This document shows positions 39,505 through 49,041 of a stretch of DNA of 64,000 bases, piece after piece; within the stretch, counting starts at the first letter, position 1; each line of letters opens with the position of its first letter. The stretch comes from Candidatus Omnitrophota bacterium (GTDB taxonomy: Bacteria > Omnitrophota > Gorgyraeia > Zapsychrales > JAKLDJ01), in assembly GCA_022703585.1 (NCBI GenBank), contig JAKLDJ010000003.1, forward strand, positions 270,250-334,249, written 5' to 3'. A model generated the notes under the pieces. The model saw only the letters and a list, made by a program, of their open reading frames with translations. It was not told the origin of the DNA and ran no database searches. The translations under genes and the position numbers were made by a program.

Positions 39505-39777
39505 ATGACCAAAAAAGATATTGTCTTAAAGATAACAGATACGACTGGGATCAAACAAGTTGACGTCAAAAAAGTAGTTCAGAAGACTTTTGATGTTATT
39601 ATCGACAGCCTGGTTCGCCAAGAGAAGGTCGAGTTGCGCAATTTCGGCGTTTTTAAGATCAAAGAACGACGGGCTCGATTTGGGCGAAACCCGCGCACCG
39701 GCGAGAGTGTTCCGGTGCCCCCTCGTAAGGTTGTTGTCTTTAAGCCCGGCTTGGAAATGAAGAAAAAGATTAAATAG
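39505..39777 (+). CDS. HU/IHF-family DNA-binding protein
   Basis: 90 aa. DVVRKTFDVI-like core, the beta-arm RNFGVFKIKERRARFGRNPRTGESVPVPPRKVVVFKPG and a conserved Pro in the arm. Confidence 0.85.
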   Translation: MTKKDIVLKITDTTGIKQVDVKKVVQKTFDVIIDSLVRQEKVELRNFGVFKIKERRARFGRNPRTGESVPVPPRKVVVFKPGLEMKKKIK

Positions 39778-39814
39778 TCAGCCTGGTCATGCAGCCTGAG
39801 CGGTTGACTGAAAT

Positions 39815-39846
39815 TATAAAAAAAGGGCGGAGATAAAATCTTTCAT
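39815..39846 (+). terminator. hairpin terminator after the HU/IHF gene
   Basis: GGGCGGAGAT-(10-nt loop)-ATCTCCGCCC, followed by a weak U tract TTAAG. Confidence 0.5.
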
Positions 39847-39873
39847 CTCCGCCCTTAAGACTAATATAATCAT

Positions 39874-41148
39874 ATGGTTGAGAAAATAATAGCCCCGCGC
39901 GGTACCAGTGATATTTTGCCTGCCGAAATTTCTCTCTGGCATGACATCGAAAACAAGGCCCGTAAAGTTCTGGAAGTTTACGACTATCACGAAATTCGCA
40001 CGCCTATTTTTGAGGAAACGGCGCTTTTTGTCCGCTCCCTTGGGGAAACGAGTGATGTTGTCCAGAAACAAATGCTGAATCTGGAAAAAGAAGGCCTTTC
40101 GTTGCGCCCGGAAGGGACCGCGCCGATTGTGCGTTCGTATATTGAAAATAACCTAGACAAAAAAGAGCTGGTATCAAAGTTTTACTATATCGGCCCGATG
40201 TTCCGCGGTGAACGGCCGCAAAAAGGGAGGCTGCGCCAGTTCCATCAGGTTGGGGTGGAAGCGATAGGCCCGGGGGCGTTTCAGCAGCCGTTTTTGGATG
40301 CCGAAGTGATTATCCTAGCCGTGCATTTGCTTAAAATATTCGGTTTGGCCAATTTTAAAGTCAAGATAAACAGCCTCGGCTCTGCGCAAGACAAAAATGC
40401 CTTTGGCGAATTCTTACGGAAGAATTTAAACGATAACCGCAAGCTGTTGTGCGCTGATTGCCAAAACCGTTTTGACCGCAATGTCTTTCGTATCCTGGAT
40501 TGCAAAAATCTGGAATGTAAAACAGTGATCGACAAGCTGCATTTTGATAATTCTTATTTAAGCAAGGACAGCCGGGATTTTTACGCGGACGTCAAGGAAT
40601 GCTTAGCAAGCGCCGGCGTTGATTTTGAAGAATCTCCCAAGCTTGTCCGCGGCCTGGATTATTATGCGCACACGGTTTTTGAGATTTCCCATCCGGGGTT
40701 AGGGAGCCAGGATGCCCTGGGGGCCGGCGGCCGGTATAATAACTTGATCGGCGATTTAGGCGGCGAAAAACGGCTTGATATGGGCGCGGTCGGTTTTTCT
40801 TTGGGGATGGAGCGCGTTCTTTTGGCTATCGGAGAAGACAAAAAAATCGAGCAGCTCGGGCCGGATGTTTTTATTGTGACATTGGGCCCGCGCGCAGTTG
40901 ACAAAAAAGCTTTTCAGCTGCTTGATCAGCTGCGCCAGGCCGGGATTTACGCAACGATAAACTACCACCTTGCAAAACTCGATAAGTTGCTGCGTGCCGC
41001 TAGCAACGTGAATGCTAAATTCGCGGTTATTTTAGGCGAAGACGAATTGAGCAAGGATATTGCGCTTCTTAAGGATATGCAGGCGCGTAGCCAAGAGGAA
41101 ATAAAATTAACCGAACTTATAAAGGAAATCAAAAAACGATTATGTTAA
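39874..41148 (+). CDS. hisS: histidine--tRNA ligase
   Basis: 424 aa. Class II motifs (FRGERPQKGRLRQFHQ, GGRY) and C-terminal anticodon-binding domain. Confidence 0.93.
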   Translation: MVEKIIAPRGTSDILPAEISLWHDIENKARKVLEVYDYHEIRTPIFEETALFVRSLGETSDVVQKQMLNLEKEGLSLRPEGTAPIVRSYIENNLDKKELVSKFYYIGPMFRGERPQKGRLRQFHQVGVEAIGPGAFQQPFLDAEVIILAVHLLKIFGLANFKVKINSLGSAQDKNAFGEFLRKNLNDNRKLLCADCQNRFDRNVFRILDCKNLECKTVIDKLHFDNSYLSKDSRDFYADVKECLASAGVDFEESPKLVRGLDYYAHTVFEISHPGLGSQDALGAGGRYNNLIGDLGGEKRLDMGAVGFSLGMERVLLAIGEDKKIEQLGPDVFIVTLGPRAVDKKAFQLLDQLRQAGIYATINYHLAKLDKLLRAASNVNAKFAVILGEDELSKDIALLKDMQARSQEEIKLTELIKEIKKRLC

Positions 41149-42551
41149 GAACGCATACCTGTGGGGAGCTCAATTCAAACGATGTTGATAAAACCGTTAC
41201 CCTCTGCGGCTGGGTCCATCGTCGACGGGACCACGGAAAACTTATTTTTATCGATATCCGTGACCGCTACGGTTTAACCCAAGTGGTTTTCCTGCCTAAA
41301 ATGGCCCCGGAGGCGCATGCCAAAGCACAAGGGCTGGGGGCAGAATTTGTGGTGCGTTTAACCGGCAAGGTGGGCCTGCGTCCCAAGGGAATGGAAAACC
41401 CCAAACTTATTACCGGTCAGGTGGAAATTGCGGCGACGGAGCTCGAAATCTTGAATCCGTCCGCACTTCCGGTTTTTGAAATTGATGATGATGTTGTGGT
41501 TTCAGAGGAATTAAAATTGACCTACCGCTATCTGGATTTGCGCCGGTCAAAACTCTTAAATAGCTTGATTCTGCGCCATAAATTGTGCCTGCTCATCAGA
41601 AACTATTTCAATAAAAATGGTTTTCTGGAAATTGAAACCCCGGTTTTGACAAAATCGACACCCGAAGGAGCGAGAGATTTTCTGGTGCCGTCGAGGCTTA
41701 ACGTGGGCGAGTTTTTTGCGCTGCCGCAATCACCGCAATTATTTAAACAGATCCTGATGGTGTCGGGTCTGGATAAATATTTTCAGATCGTCAAATGCTT
41801 CCGCGATGAAGACCTGCGTGCCGAACGCCAGCCGGAATTTACCCAGCTTGATATTGAGATGTCCTTTATAAAGGAAGAAGATATCTTTGCCTTAACCGAG
41901 AATCTTTTTAAAGAAGTTCTCAAAGAGCTAAAGGGTATTGATATTGAAATTCCTTTTAAACGTATGACCCATCAGGAGGCCATGGCAAAATACAAAAGTG
42001 ACAAGCCGGATACCCGAACGGATAAAAACAACAAGGAAGAGTTTGCCTTTGTCTGGATTGTCGATTTTCCCTTGTTTAAATATAATACCGAAGAAAAGCG
42101 CTGGGAGAGCGAGCATCACCCTTTTACCGCTGTCCACGAGGATGATATTCACTATCTTGAGACGAACGAATTTGGTAAAATAAGGTCGCGTTCGTATGAC
42201 TTGGTTTTAAACGGTTTTGAGATCGGCAGCGGGTCGGTGCGTATTCATAAACGCGATTTACAGGAAAAAATTTTTAAGGCCATCGGTATCGGCCAGGAGG
42301 AGGCAGAGAAGAGGTTTGGATTCTTATTAAAGGCATTTGAATTCGGCGCCCCGCCTCACGGCGGCGTGGCTTACGGGATTGACCGTTTAGTGGCGATTCT
42401 TTTAGGGCTGGATTCCATCCGGGATACAATCGCATTTCCTAAGACGCAAACGGCCAGTTGCTTGATGTCAGGCGCTCCATCGACGGTTGATGAAAAACAA
42501 TTAAAAGAATTAGGGATTATGACGGTTAAAAAAGGAGGAAAAAATGGTTAG
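41142..42551 (+). CDS. aspS: aspartate--tRNA ligase, bacterial type but lacking the GAD insertion domain
   Basis: 469 aa. OB domain, motif 1-3 (QSPQLFKQ, FRDEDLRAERQPEFTQLD, GGVAYGIDRL). Between SDKPD and WIVDFPLF only about 12 residues are present where E. coli AspRS carries the roughly 120-aa GAD domain. Confidence 0.9.
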   Translation: MLRTHTCGELNSNDVDKTVTLCGWVHRRRDHGKLIFIDIRDRYGLTQVVFLPKMAPEAHAKAQGLGAEFVVRLTGKVGLRPKGMENPKLITGQVEIAATELEILNPSALPVFEIDDDVVVSEELKLTYRYLDLRRSKLLNSLILRHKLCLLIRNYFNKNGFLEIETPVLTKSTPEGARDFLVPSRLNVGEFFALPQSPQLFKQILMVSGLDKYFQIVKCFRDEDLRAERQPEFTQLDIEMSFIKEEDIFALTENLFKEVLKELKGIDIEIPFKRMTHQEAMAKYKSDKPDTRTDKNNKEEFAFVWIVDFPLFKYNTEEKRWESEHHPFTAVHEDDIHYLETNEFGKIRSRSYDLVLNGFEIGSGSVRIHKRDLQEKIFKAIGIGQEEAEKRFGFLLKAFEFGAPPHGGVAYGIDRLVAILLGLDSIRDTIAFPKTQTASCLMSGAPSTVDEKQLKELGIMTVKKGGKNG

Positions 42552-43089
42552 GACTTCATCAAAGACTTTGATGGTCGGATTAGCGGTTTTATTTCTGTCA
42601 GGTTGCACCGTGACAACGTACACGCAGGTAAAAGACAAAGTCGATCAAGACATGCCCGGTAACGCCGGTTATCTGCAGGGCACACCGCCTCCGGAGGCCA
42701 AGGATAGGAGCGCTATCCGCAAGACGCGTAAGATTTATGTTGTCGAGATGCAAACCAAAGGGCCCAAAGAACAACCCGTAACTCAGCAAGCCGCTCCGGC
42801 GAAGGCCGTAAGTTCAGAAGTATCGCGTCCGGCACCGGCTCCGTCTTTAGCCGAGGAGATCAGCCGTTCTTTGCAATCTGCGCCGGTAGCGCCTGCTGCT
42901 ACACCGGCCGCAAAGCAGTTGACAGGTCCGGTCGAATACAAGGTTGAAAAAGGGGATACCCTGCAAAAGATCTCCAAGAAATTTTACGATACTTATGGCC
43001 GCTGGAATAAGATTTATCAGGCCAACAAAGACAAAATCAGCGATCCTAATCGCATTAAACCCGGCATTACCATAACCATTCCGGAATAA
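42544..43089 (+). CDS. LysM-domain lipoprotein
   Basis: 181 aa. Lipobox LSGC, Pro/Ala-rich linker, C-terminal LysM (YKVEKGDTLQKISKKFY...NKIYQAN). Confidence 0.7.
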   Translation: MVRTSSKTLMVGLAVLFLSGCTVTTYTQVKDKVDQDMPGNAGYLQGTPPPEAKDRSAIRKTRKIYVVEMQTKGPKEQPVTQQAAPAKAVSSEVSRPAPAPSLAEEISRSLQSAPVAPAATPAAKQLTGPVEYKVEKGDTLQKISKKFYDTYGRWNKIYQANKDKISDPNRIKPGITITIPE

Positions 43090-43108
43090 CGGAGCGTAAG
43101 TTTAAAAT

Positions 43109-44059
43109 ATGGAAAAAATATTCAAGCTCGATAACAATAGGAATTTGCAGAAACTTTTCGGTAAATATGACGTTAACTTAAAGCTCATTGAAGAGGAGCT
43201 TGACGTCAAGGTTATCCGCAGGGAAGACGGCATCAAATTGACCGGATCCGGCACTCAGGTGGACAAGGCCGGAGAGCTTATCGATTATCTTTTAGGTATT
43301 GCCGATAGCGGGAAAGAAGTTAAAAAGAGCGATATCGTTTATGCCTTAAGGTTATCCAGCGCGGAAAAGGGTTTTGATTTCAAAATCCTTACCAAAGAGA
43401 AAATCGAGGTCTCGGCCAAGGGTGCGGTGGTGACCCCCAAGACGAAAGGGCAGATAGAATATATCGATGCGATCAAGCATTTTGATCTTGTCTTTTGTAT
43501 CGGCCCTGCCGGAACGGGTAAGACGTATCTGGCGATGGCGATGGCGGTCAATGCCCTTCAAAAGGGGCTGGTGCGCCGCATTATTCTGACGCGGCCCGCT
43601 ATCGAGGCCGGGGAAAACTTAGGTTTCTTGCCCGGCGATATGGTCGAAAAAGTTTTACCCTATCTTCGGCCGCTGTATGACGCGCTCTATGACATGATGG
43701 AGGCAGAAAAAGTTGAGGCTTTTACCCAAAAGGGAATCATTGAGGTGGCGCCCTTGGCCTATATGCGCGGCAGGACGCTGAATGATGCGTTTATTATCCT
43801 GGATGAGGCGCAGAATTGCACTGCCGATCAGATGAAGATGTTTTTAACCAGGCTTGGGTTTGACTCAAAATCCGTTATCACCGGCGACATTACCCAAAGC
43901 GACCTGCCGGACGGCAAGCCTATTGGCCTGATGAATGCCCAGGAGATCCTTAAGGATATCCCCGAAATAAGATTCATCCGGCTTACCGGCGAGGATGTTG
44001 TCCGTCACGAGCTTGTCCAAAAGATCATCGAGGCGTATGAAAATTCCGATAAAAAATGA
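43109..44059 (+). CDS. phoH: PhoH-like ATPase (YbeZ)
   Basis: 316 aa. KH-like N-domain plus P-loop GPAGTGKTYLA and Walker B IILDEAQN. Confidence 0.9.
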   Translation: MEKIFKLDNNRNLQKLFGKYDVNLKLIEEELDVKVIRREDGIKLTGSGTQVDKAGELIDYLLGIADSGKEVKKSDIVYALRLSSAEKGFDFKILTKEKIEVSAKGAVVTPKTKGQIEYIDAIKHFDLVFCIGPAGTGKTYLAMAMAVNALQKGLVRRIILTRPAIEAGENLGFLPGDMVEKVLPYLRPLYDALYDMMEAEKVEAFTQKGIIEVAPLAYMRGRTLNDAFIILDEAQNCTADQMKMFLTRLGFDSKSVITGDITQSDLPDGKPIGLMNAQEILKDIPEIRFIRLTGEDVVRHELVQKIIEAYENSDKK

Positions 44060-45479
44060 AATAGGAATCAGCCGCATCATTGCGGGGATAATCGCGATTG
44101 CTTTTCTGGTCGTGATTTTTTACGTTTCCGACTTGCCGCTGATTATTCTCGTCTTTCTGGCGTTTTTGGGCATCCACCTGCACTATTTTAGAAAAGCAAG
44201 TGCCAAGCTTTTCTTGCAGCTGGGATTTCTTTTGGCGCTAACGATCTTTACCGCTCATGCGGTGATAGAATATCAGACATTTTCGGCGCTCTACATTCCG
44301 GTAGCCAGCGTTGCCATGTTGGTGGTTCTTTTGTATAACGATTTACAGATCGCGTTTCTGATGTCGCTCATGGCCAGTGTTTTTGTAGGGTTGATTATCG
44401 GCGGTGATCTGCAGATAGTCTTGACGTTCTTGGTGGGAAGTTTAGCGGCGATTTATCCGGCCAAAGGGGCAAGGACGCGCGGCAAGCTCATCGGCACCGG
44501 GATCATGGTTGGAATAGTCCAGGTGGCCTGCATTGTTATGCTGAATCCCTGGAAAGATTTCTTCCTGGCACCGGATTTCTTTTCGGTTTATGCAAAACCT
44601 CTTTTTATGAGCGGTTTGATTTCTACTTTTGTCGTGATTGCGTCTCTAAAGGTTTTTGAATTCCTATTCGGGGTTTTGACAAATTTTAGCTTATCGGAAT
44701 TGTCCGATTTTAACCAGCCTCTTTTAAAAAGAATGATTTTAGAAGCTCCCGGAACGTATCATCATAGCTTGGTCACCAGCAACTTAGCCGAGGCGGCGGC
44801 CGATGCGGTTGGCGCGCATTCGCTTTTAGTCAGGGTCGGCGCTTACTATCACGATATCGGAAAGCTGGTCAAGCCGGAGTATTTTACCGAGAATCAGATG
44901 CTCGAAGGTGATAAGCACCAGAGCCTCGAGCCGCACATGAGCCGGCTGGTTATTCTCAATCATGTCAAAGAGGGTGTGGATTTGGCTCAAAAATACCACC
45001 TCAACGGGCGTATCGTTGATTTTATCCAACAGCATCACGGCGATAGCCTCATCTATTATTTTTATCGCAAGGCCCTAGAGGGGGCGATGGGGGATGAAAT
45101 GGTGGACCAGCAAAATTTCCGCTATGAAGGCCCTAAACCGCAAACCAGAGAGGTCGCCATTGTGCTTTTGGCCGATTCGGTTGAGGGGGCGGTGCGTTCG
45201 GTGGAAGAGCCGACCCCGGGCCGAATTGATGAGGTCGTGCGCCGGGTCGTCAATAATAAATTTATCGACGGGCAATTGGATAGCTGTGACCTGACTCTTA
45301 AAGACCTTGAGACCATTAGCATGACGTTTACCCGGGTCTTGACGGCCATGTACCACACCCGTGTTAAATACCCGGAGAGGACAAATGAAAACACAAATAA
45401 CCATCGTAAATCTTCAGAAGAAAATTCCCATTCAGCCTATCCGGCTAACCAGGATCATCAGGAAGATCCTGAGTCGTGA
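44037..45479 (+). CDS. 7TM-receptor-linked HD hydrolase (YqfF/PgpH-like membrane HD-superfamily protein)
   Basis: Start moved to ATG 44037 (MKIPIKNEIGISRIIAGIIAIAFLVV). Seven TM helices, then an HD domain (HHSLVTSNLAEAAADA...YYHDIGK). Conserved phoH-HD-ybeY synteny. Confidence 0.75.
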   Translation: MKIPIKNEIGISRIIAGIIAIAFLVVIFYVSDLPLIILVFLAFLGIHLHYFRKASAKLFLQLGFLLALTIFTAHAVIEYQTFSALYIPVASVAMLVVLLYNDLQIAFLMSLMASVFVGLIIGGDLQIVLTFLVGSLAAIYPAKGARTRGKLIGTGIMVGIVQVACIVMLNPWKDFFLAPDFFSVYAKPLFMSGLISTFVVIASLKVFEFLFGVLTNFSLSELSDFNQPLLKRMILEAPGTYHHSLVTSNLAEAAADAVGAHSLLVRVGAYYHDIGKLVKPEYFTENQMLEGDKHQSLEPHMSRLVILNHVKEGVDLAQKYHLNGRIVDFIQQHHGDSLIYYFYRKALEGAMGDEMVDQQNFRYEGPKPQTREVAIVLLADSVEGAVRSVEEPTPGRIDEVVRRVVNNKFIDGQLDSCDLTLKDLETISMTFTRVLTAMYHTRVKYPERTNENTNNHRKSSEENSHSAYPANQDHQEDPES

Positions 45480-45849
45480 GCACCTGACAGGCTCGTCCCT
45501 TTCGGTTGTCTTTCTCGGAAACCGCCAGATCACATCACTCAATAAGAAATATCTAAAGAAAAATCGCTCTACGGACGTCCTTGCTTTTGACCTAAGAAAT
45601 GGCACCTGCCTGCCGCACAAAACTAGGATCCGTCCGCAGAAATCAAAGATTCTTAACGGAGAGATTATTATCTCGACCGATGCCGTTATAAAAAATTCTA
45701 AAACCTACCAAACTACCCCAGCCCAAGAATTGATTTTATATATCCTGCACGGCATCCTGCATCTTTCGGGTTACGACGATCACGGTGCGCATGATATCAA
45801 ACGCATGCGCCGCAAGGAGCGGGAACTTTTAAGTTTCTTAAAGATATGA
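45385..45849 (+). CDS. ybeY: rRNA maturation endoribonuclease YbeY
   Basis: Start moved to ATG 45385 (SD GGAGAGG). HGILHLSGYDDHG zinc-binding motif. Overlaps the upstream ORF by 95 nt. Confidence 0.85.
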   Translation: MKTQITIVNLQKKIPIQPIRLTRIIRKILSREHLTGSSLSVVFLGNRQITSLNKKYLKKNRSTDVLAFDLRNGTCLPHKTRIRPQKSKILNGEIIISTDAVIKNSKTYQTTPAQELILYILHGILHLSGYDDHGAHDIKRMRRKERELLSFLKI

Positions 45850-46589
45850 TCCTTAAAACCGAAGGCATTGTCTTAAAGAATTTTGATTTCCGTGAAACCA
45901 GCAAGATCGCCGTATTTTTTACCAAGGAGTACGGCAAGGTCAAGGGGGTCCTAAAGGGCATCCGTAAAGACCACCGCAAGTTCGGCAGTAACGTCGATAA
46001 GTTTTCCCTTAACGATATCGTCTATTATCAATACCGTAATTCGGATCTGCATTTAATCGGCCAGTGCGATTTAAAGGCATTTTTCTTCCCTATCCGTAGC
46101 GACATCAAGAAAACCTTAGCAGCCAATTATGTTTTGGAATTGGTGGATGCCATCATGCCGGCGGAAGAACCCAACAAAGAAGTTTATCAGATGATGATGG
46201 ATTATCTCGCGAGCCTGGAGACGGCAACGGATATCGATAAGTTGGTGCATATCTTCCAGGTAAAAATATTATTACTTTCCGGGTTCCGTCCGCATATTGA
46301 TTCCTGCCTTATTTGCGAAAAACCGGTGCGTGACCGGGCGCGGTTCAGCCTGCAATTGGGAGGCCTGGTTTGCCAGGACTGCAAGCTCAATGACCCGGCC
46401 GCCCATGCGATTTCCAAGGGGGCGGTGGCCTCCATACTGCATATCGAAAATAATGACTGGCAGCGCAGCCTGCGGTTGGGTTTATCGGCAGCTATAAAAA
46501 AAGAATTACGCTATATCCTCAATAACTTTCTTATTTTCCATTTGGAAAGGCCGCTAAAAACAACGAAATACTTGAATGCAGAGAAGTGA
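45846..46589 (+). CDS. recO: DNA repair protein RecO
   Basis: 247 aa. N-terminal OB fold (EGIVLKNFDFRETSKI) and C-terminal Cys4 zinc motif (CLICEKP...CQDC). Confidence 0.85.
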   Translation: MILKTEGIVLKNFDFRETSKIAVFFTKEYGKVKGVLKGIRKDHRKFGSNVDKFSLNDIVYYQYRNSDLHLIGQCDLKAFFFPIRSDIKKTLAANYVLELVDAIMPAEEPNKEVYQMMMDYLASLETATDIDKLVHIFQVKILLLSGFRPHIDSCLICEKPVRDRARFSLQLGGLVCQDCKLNDPAAHAISKGAVASILHIENNDWQRSLRLGLSAAIKKELRYILNNFLIFHLERPLKTTKYLNAEK

Positions 46590-46616
46590 TAGGAAGTTTT
46601 TGTTGCAAGGGGTTTG

Positions 46617-46646
46617 CCCGCTAAAATCTTTCTAGCGGGTTTTTTT
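46617..46646 (+). terminator. rho-independent terminator after recO, overlapping the 3' end of the convergent helicase gene
   Basis: CCCGCTA-(9 nt)-TAGCGGG then T7. The minus-strand helicase stop codon (CTA at 46632-46634) lies inside the hairpin. Confidence 0.7.
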
Positions 46647-48854
46647 GCGGGTATGACTGCCGATTTGAGAAAGGATATCCTGGGCGAGGGCCTTGCCGAT
46701 TTGGTTGATTTGGGCCAGATCATCCGCCGAGGCATATTTTAAATCAATCAGCTTTTTAAATCCTTTTTCGAAGAGGTTGCGGGCGCGCACGCGGCCGATG
46801 CCTTTTAAGGTAACCAACTCCAGAAGCTCTTCTTTGATACCGTAATTAACCCGGGTACGCAGGTCTTCTAAAATAAAGGAAAGCCTTCGAAATTTAAACA
46901 GCTCGGCAATGACACCGCCCGAATACAGCAGCCACTCGGCGGTTTCGACATGCCGGTGGATATCGCCGGGGCCGATATTAAATTCATCGCACAGCGGTTC
47001 TTCTTTTTCTTCTTCGATCCAGCGCGAAAGCATCAGGGTCGTTTTTAATGTGGCCAGATAGAAATACAGATCTTCCATGGAGGGGATGTCTTCCTGGTTG
47101 ACAATGAGTTCATCGTGGCAGCTGGAGGCGAAGGATTCTAATTTTTCATAATCATTCTTACCGATATTCAGCAATTCCCCGTCGGGGCAGCAGCAGGCCA
47201 GATGCAAAAGTCCGATAGAGGAGAAAGATTTTCCGCTGTCAATCTTTTTTAATCCATCGCGTAGAATAATCCCGGTGATGGGGTCGATATATAGCTGGCT
47301 AACGCATTGGCCAAAAGGCGTGGCAAAATAACGAAAACCGTTTTTCTCGACCAATTCTTCTTTCTGCAGGAATTCAAAAATGGCACTGATTAATTCCAAT
47401 AGATTGCCGGTCCTTTTTTGATGGGCTAAAAAGGTATGATTGATAAATTCAAACATGCCGTTGATATCGTGGATGTAGCCGCCGGCAATCGAGGCTAAGA
47501 CGTGCATGCGCAAGACGGATTCGTTTCCTAGCTTGGAAATAATCGGCTCGGGCTCGGCGTTTATGTAACGGTCAAAAAGCGCCGATGATTCCGAAAATGA
47601 TTTTGCCATAATGATCGCCTCGCCAAACTCATCGTATTTCGGCCTTCCGGCACGCCCGGCGCATTGTTTGTATTCGAAGGTAGGGATATAAGCGGCGCCG
47701 AGGCCCGCCTCGTAGCGTTTGCAATCGCGGATGATCGCCCGGCGGGCAGGGAGATTAACGCCCGCCGCGAGTGTGGGGGTGGAACAGATGACCTTGATTA
47801 AGTTTTGTTTAAAATTGTCTTCGATTAGTTTCCGCTGGTTTGGTTTTAATCCGGCGTGGTGAAAAGCGGCGCCGCAGACAACTGTTTCGGCCAGTTTGCG
47901 GCATATCTTGGTGGTTTCACTGGGCGAGCCTAAGATTTCTTTGGCCAAAAGAGAAAGGGATTTTTTCTCGTCTTCTTTTAGGGTTTTGGCGACGTCAGGA
48001 CACAGGAGGCGGCTGGCGGCCTGTGCCGAACGGCGGCTGTTAACGAAGACCAAGACCTGGCCCTTGCCGCGCAAGGTATCGAGGGTTAATTTGCATAAAT
48101 CGTCGTCAGTTTCTTCCCGAATGAGCCGGGTGCCGCCGGAGTTAAATTCAATTTGTTCGTTATAATAAACGCCTTCCCTTAGCGGCACAGGCCGCCATTC
48201 GCTTAAAACCAATTCAGCCTTTAACCAGCCGGCCATTTCTTGGGCATTTTTTACCGTGGCGCTTAAGCCTAAAAACTGGATTTTGGGGTTCAGCTGTTTG
48301 ATCCGGGCAATCAGTATTTCCAATGTGGGCCCGCGGGAGCCGTCATTGATAAAATGGATCTCGTCGATAATGACAACGGTTAAAGCGTTTAAAAGCCAGC
48401 GCGCCCGGAAACGTAAAAGGGAATCAACCTTTTCGGCGGTGGCAATCAGGATCTGGTAGCGGTTTAGAAATTTGCTGGGGCTGTCAAAATCCCCGGTGGC
48501 GATGCCGACTTTTATTCCCAGGGATGAATATTTCTCTTTAAATTCCTCGTATTTCTCGCTGGCCAGGGCTTTTAAAGGGGCGATATACAGGCAGCGGCCG
48601 TTGTCTTTAAGGATGGATTTGAGCATGCACAATTCGGCAATAAAAGTTTTTCCTGAAGCGGTGGGCATGCTTAACAGCAGGCTTTTGTCTTCGAGGACGC
48701 CTTTTTTGATCGCCTCTTCCTGGGGAGGGAAAAATTCTTTGACGCCGGAATCGGCAATCGCCTTTATAACTTCGGCGGAAAAATGATGTTTTTCGAGGGT
48801 CGCGGCAATGTTCATAGTATCGCTTGTTCTAACATAAAAGAACTCTATTGTCAA
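46632..48854 (-). CDS. Hel308/Ski2-like superfamily-2 DNA helicase (DExH box, C-terminal HhH domain)
   Basis: 740 aa. Motif I MPTASGKT, motif II DEIH, motif III SAT, motif VI QCAGRAGR, ratchet/WH region and C-terminal helix-hairpin-helix (LKGIGRVRARNL). Archaeal/eukaryal-type architecture. Confidence 0.8.
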   Translation of the reverse strand: MTIEFFYVRTSDTMNIAATLEKHHFSAEVIKAIADSGVKEFFPPQEEAIKKGVLEDKSLLLSMPTASGKTFIAELCMLKSILKDNGRCLYIAPLKALASEKYEEFKEKYSSLGIKVGIATGDFDSPSKFLNRYQILIATAEKVDSLLRFRARWLLNALTVVIIDEIHFINDGSRGPTLEILIARIKQLNPKIQFLGLSATVKNAQEMAGWLKAELVLSEWRPVPLREGVYYNEQIEFNSGGTRLIREETDDDLCKLTLDTLRGKGQVLVFVNSRRSAQAASRLLCPDVAKTLKEDEKKSLSLLAKEILGSPSETTKICRKLAETVVCGAAFHHAGLKPNQRKLIEDNFKQNLIKVICSTPTLAAGVNLPARRAIIRDCKRYEAGLGAAYIPTFEYKQCAGRAGRPKYDEFGEAIIMAKSFSESSALFDRYINAEPEPIISKLGNESVLRMHVLASIAGGYIHDINGMFEFINHTFLAHQKRTGNLLELISAIFEFLQKEELVEKNGFRYFATPFGQCVSQLYIDPITGIILRDGLKKIDSGKSFSSIGLLHLACCCPDGELLNIGKNDYEKLESFASSCHDELIVNQEDIPSMEDLYFYLATLKTTLMLSRWIEEEKEEPLCDEFNIGPGDIHRHVETAEWLLYSGGVIAELFKFRRLSFILEDLRTRVNYGIKEELLELVTLKGIGRVRARNLFEKGFKKLIDLKYASADDLAQINQIGKALAQDILSQIGSHTRKKTR

Positions 48855-48953
48855 ATCTTCGGGAATTTAAAACTAATATATATCTTTATATCTATATAAA
48901 GGACGCTAAGGTATTTTGTCTTTGGTGCCGGCAGTCAGAAGGGCGGATTTCTG

Positions 48954-48982
48954 TTGACCGCTGTATTTAAACCAACTATAAT
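48954..48982 (+). promoter_or_regulatory. putative sigma70 promoter for dtd (TTGACC-17-TATAAT)
   Basis: TTGACC at 48954-48959 with TATAAT 17 nt downstream at 48977-48982. Confidence 0.5.
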
Positions 48983-49041
48983 TTTAGCAAATATTTCATC
49001 GCTGACAGGTTTTAACTGGCGTAAAAAAGGTATCAATCGAT

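Noticed and set aside
46632-48854. Hel308-like helicase as the HamB component of a Hachiman defence system
   Set aside because: No HamA/DUF1837-like gene is adjacent; the neighbours are recO and dtd. The C-terminal HhH and overall length fit a bona fide Hel308 repair helicase better. Kept as a finding only for its unusual bacterial occurrence.
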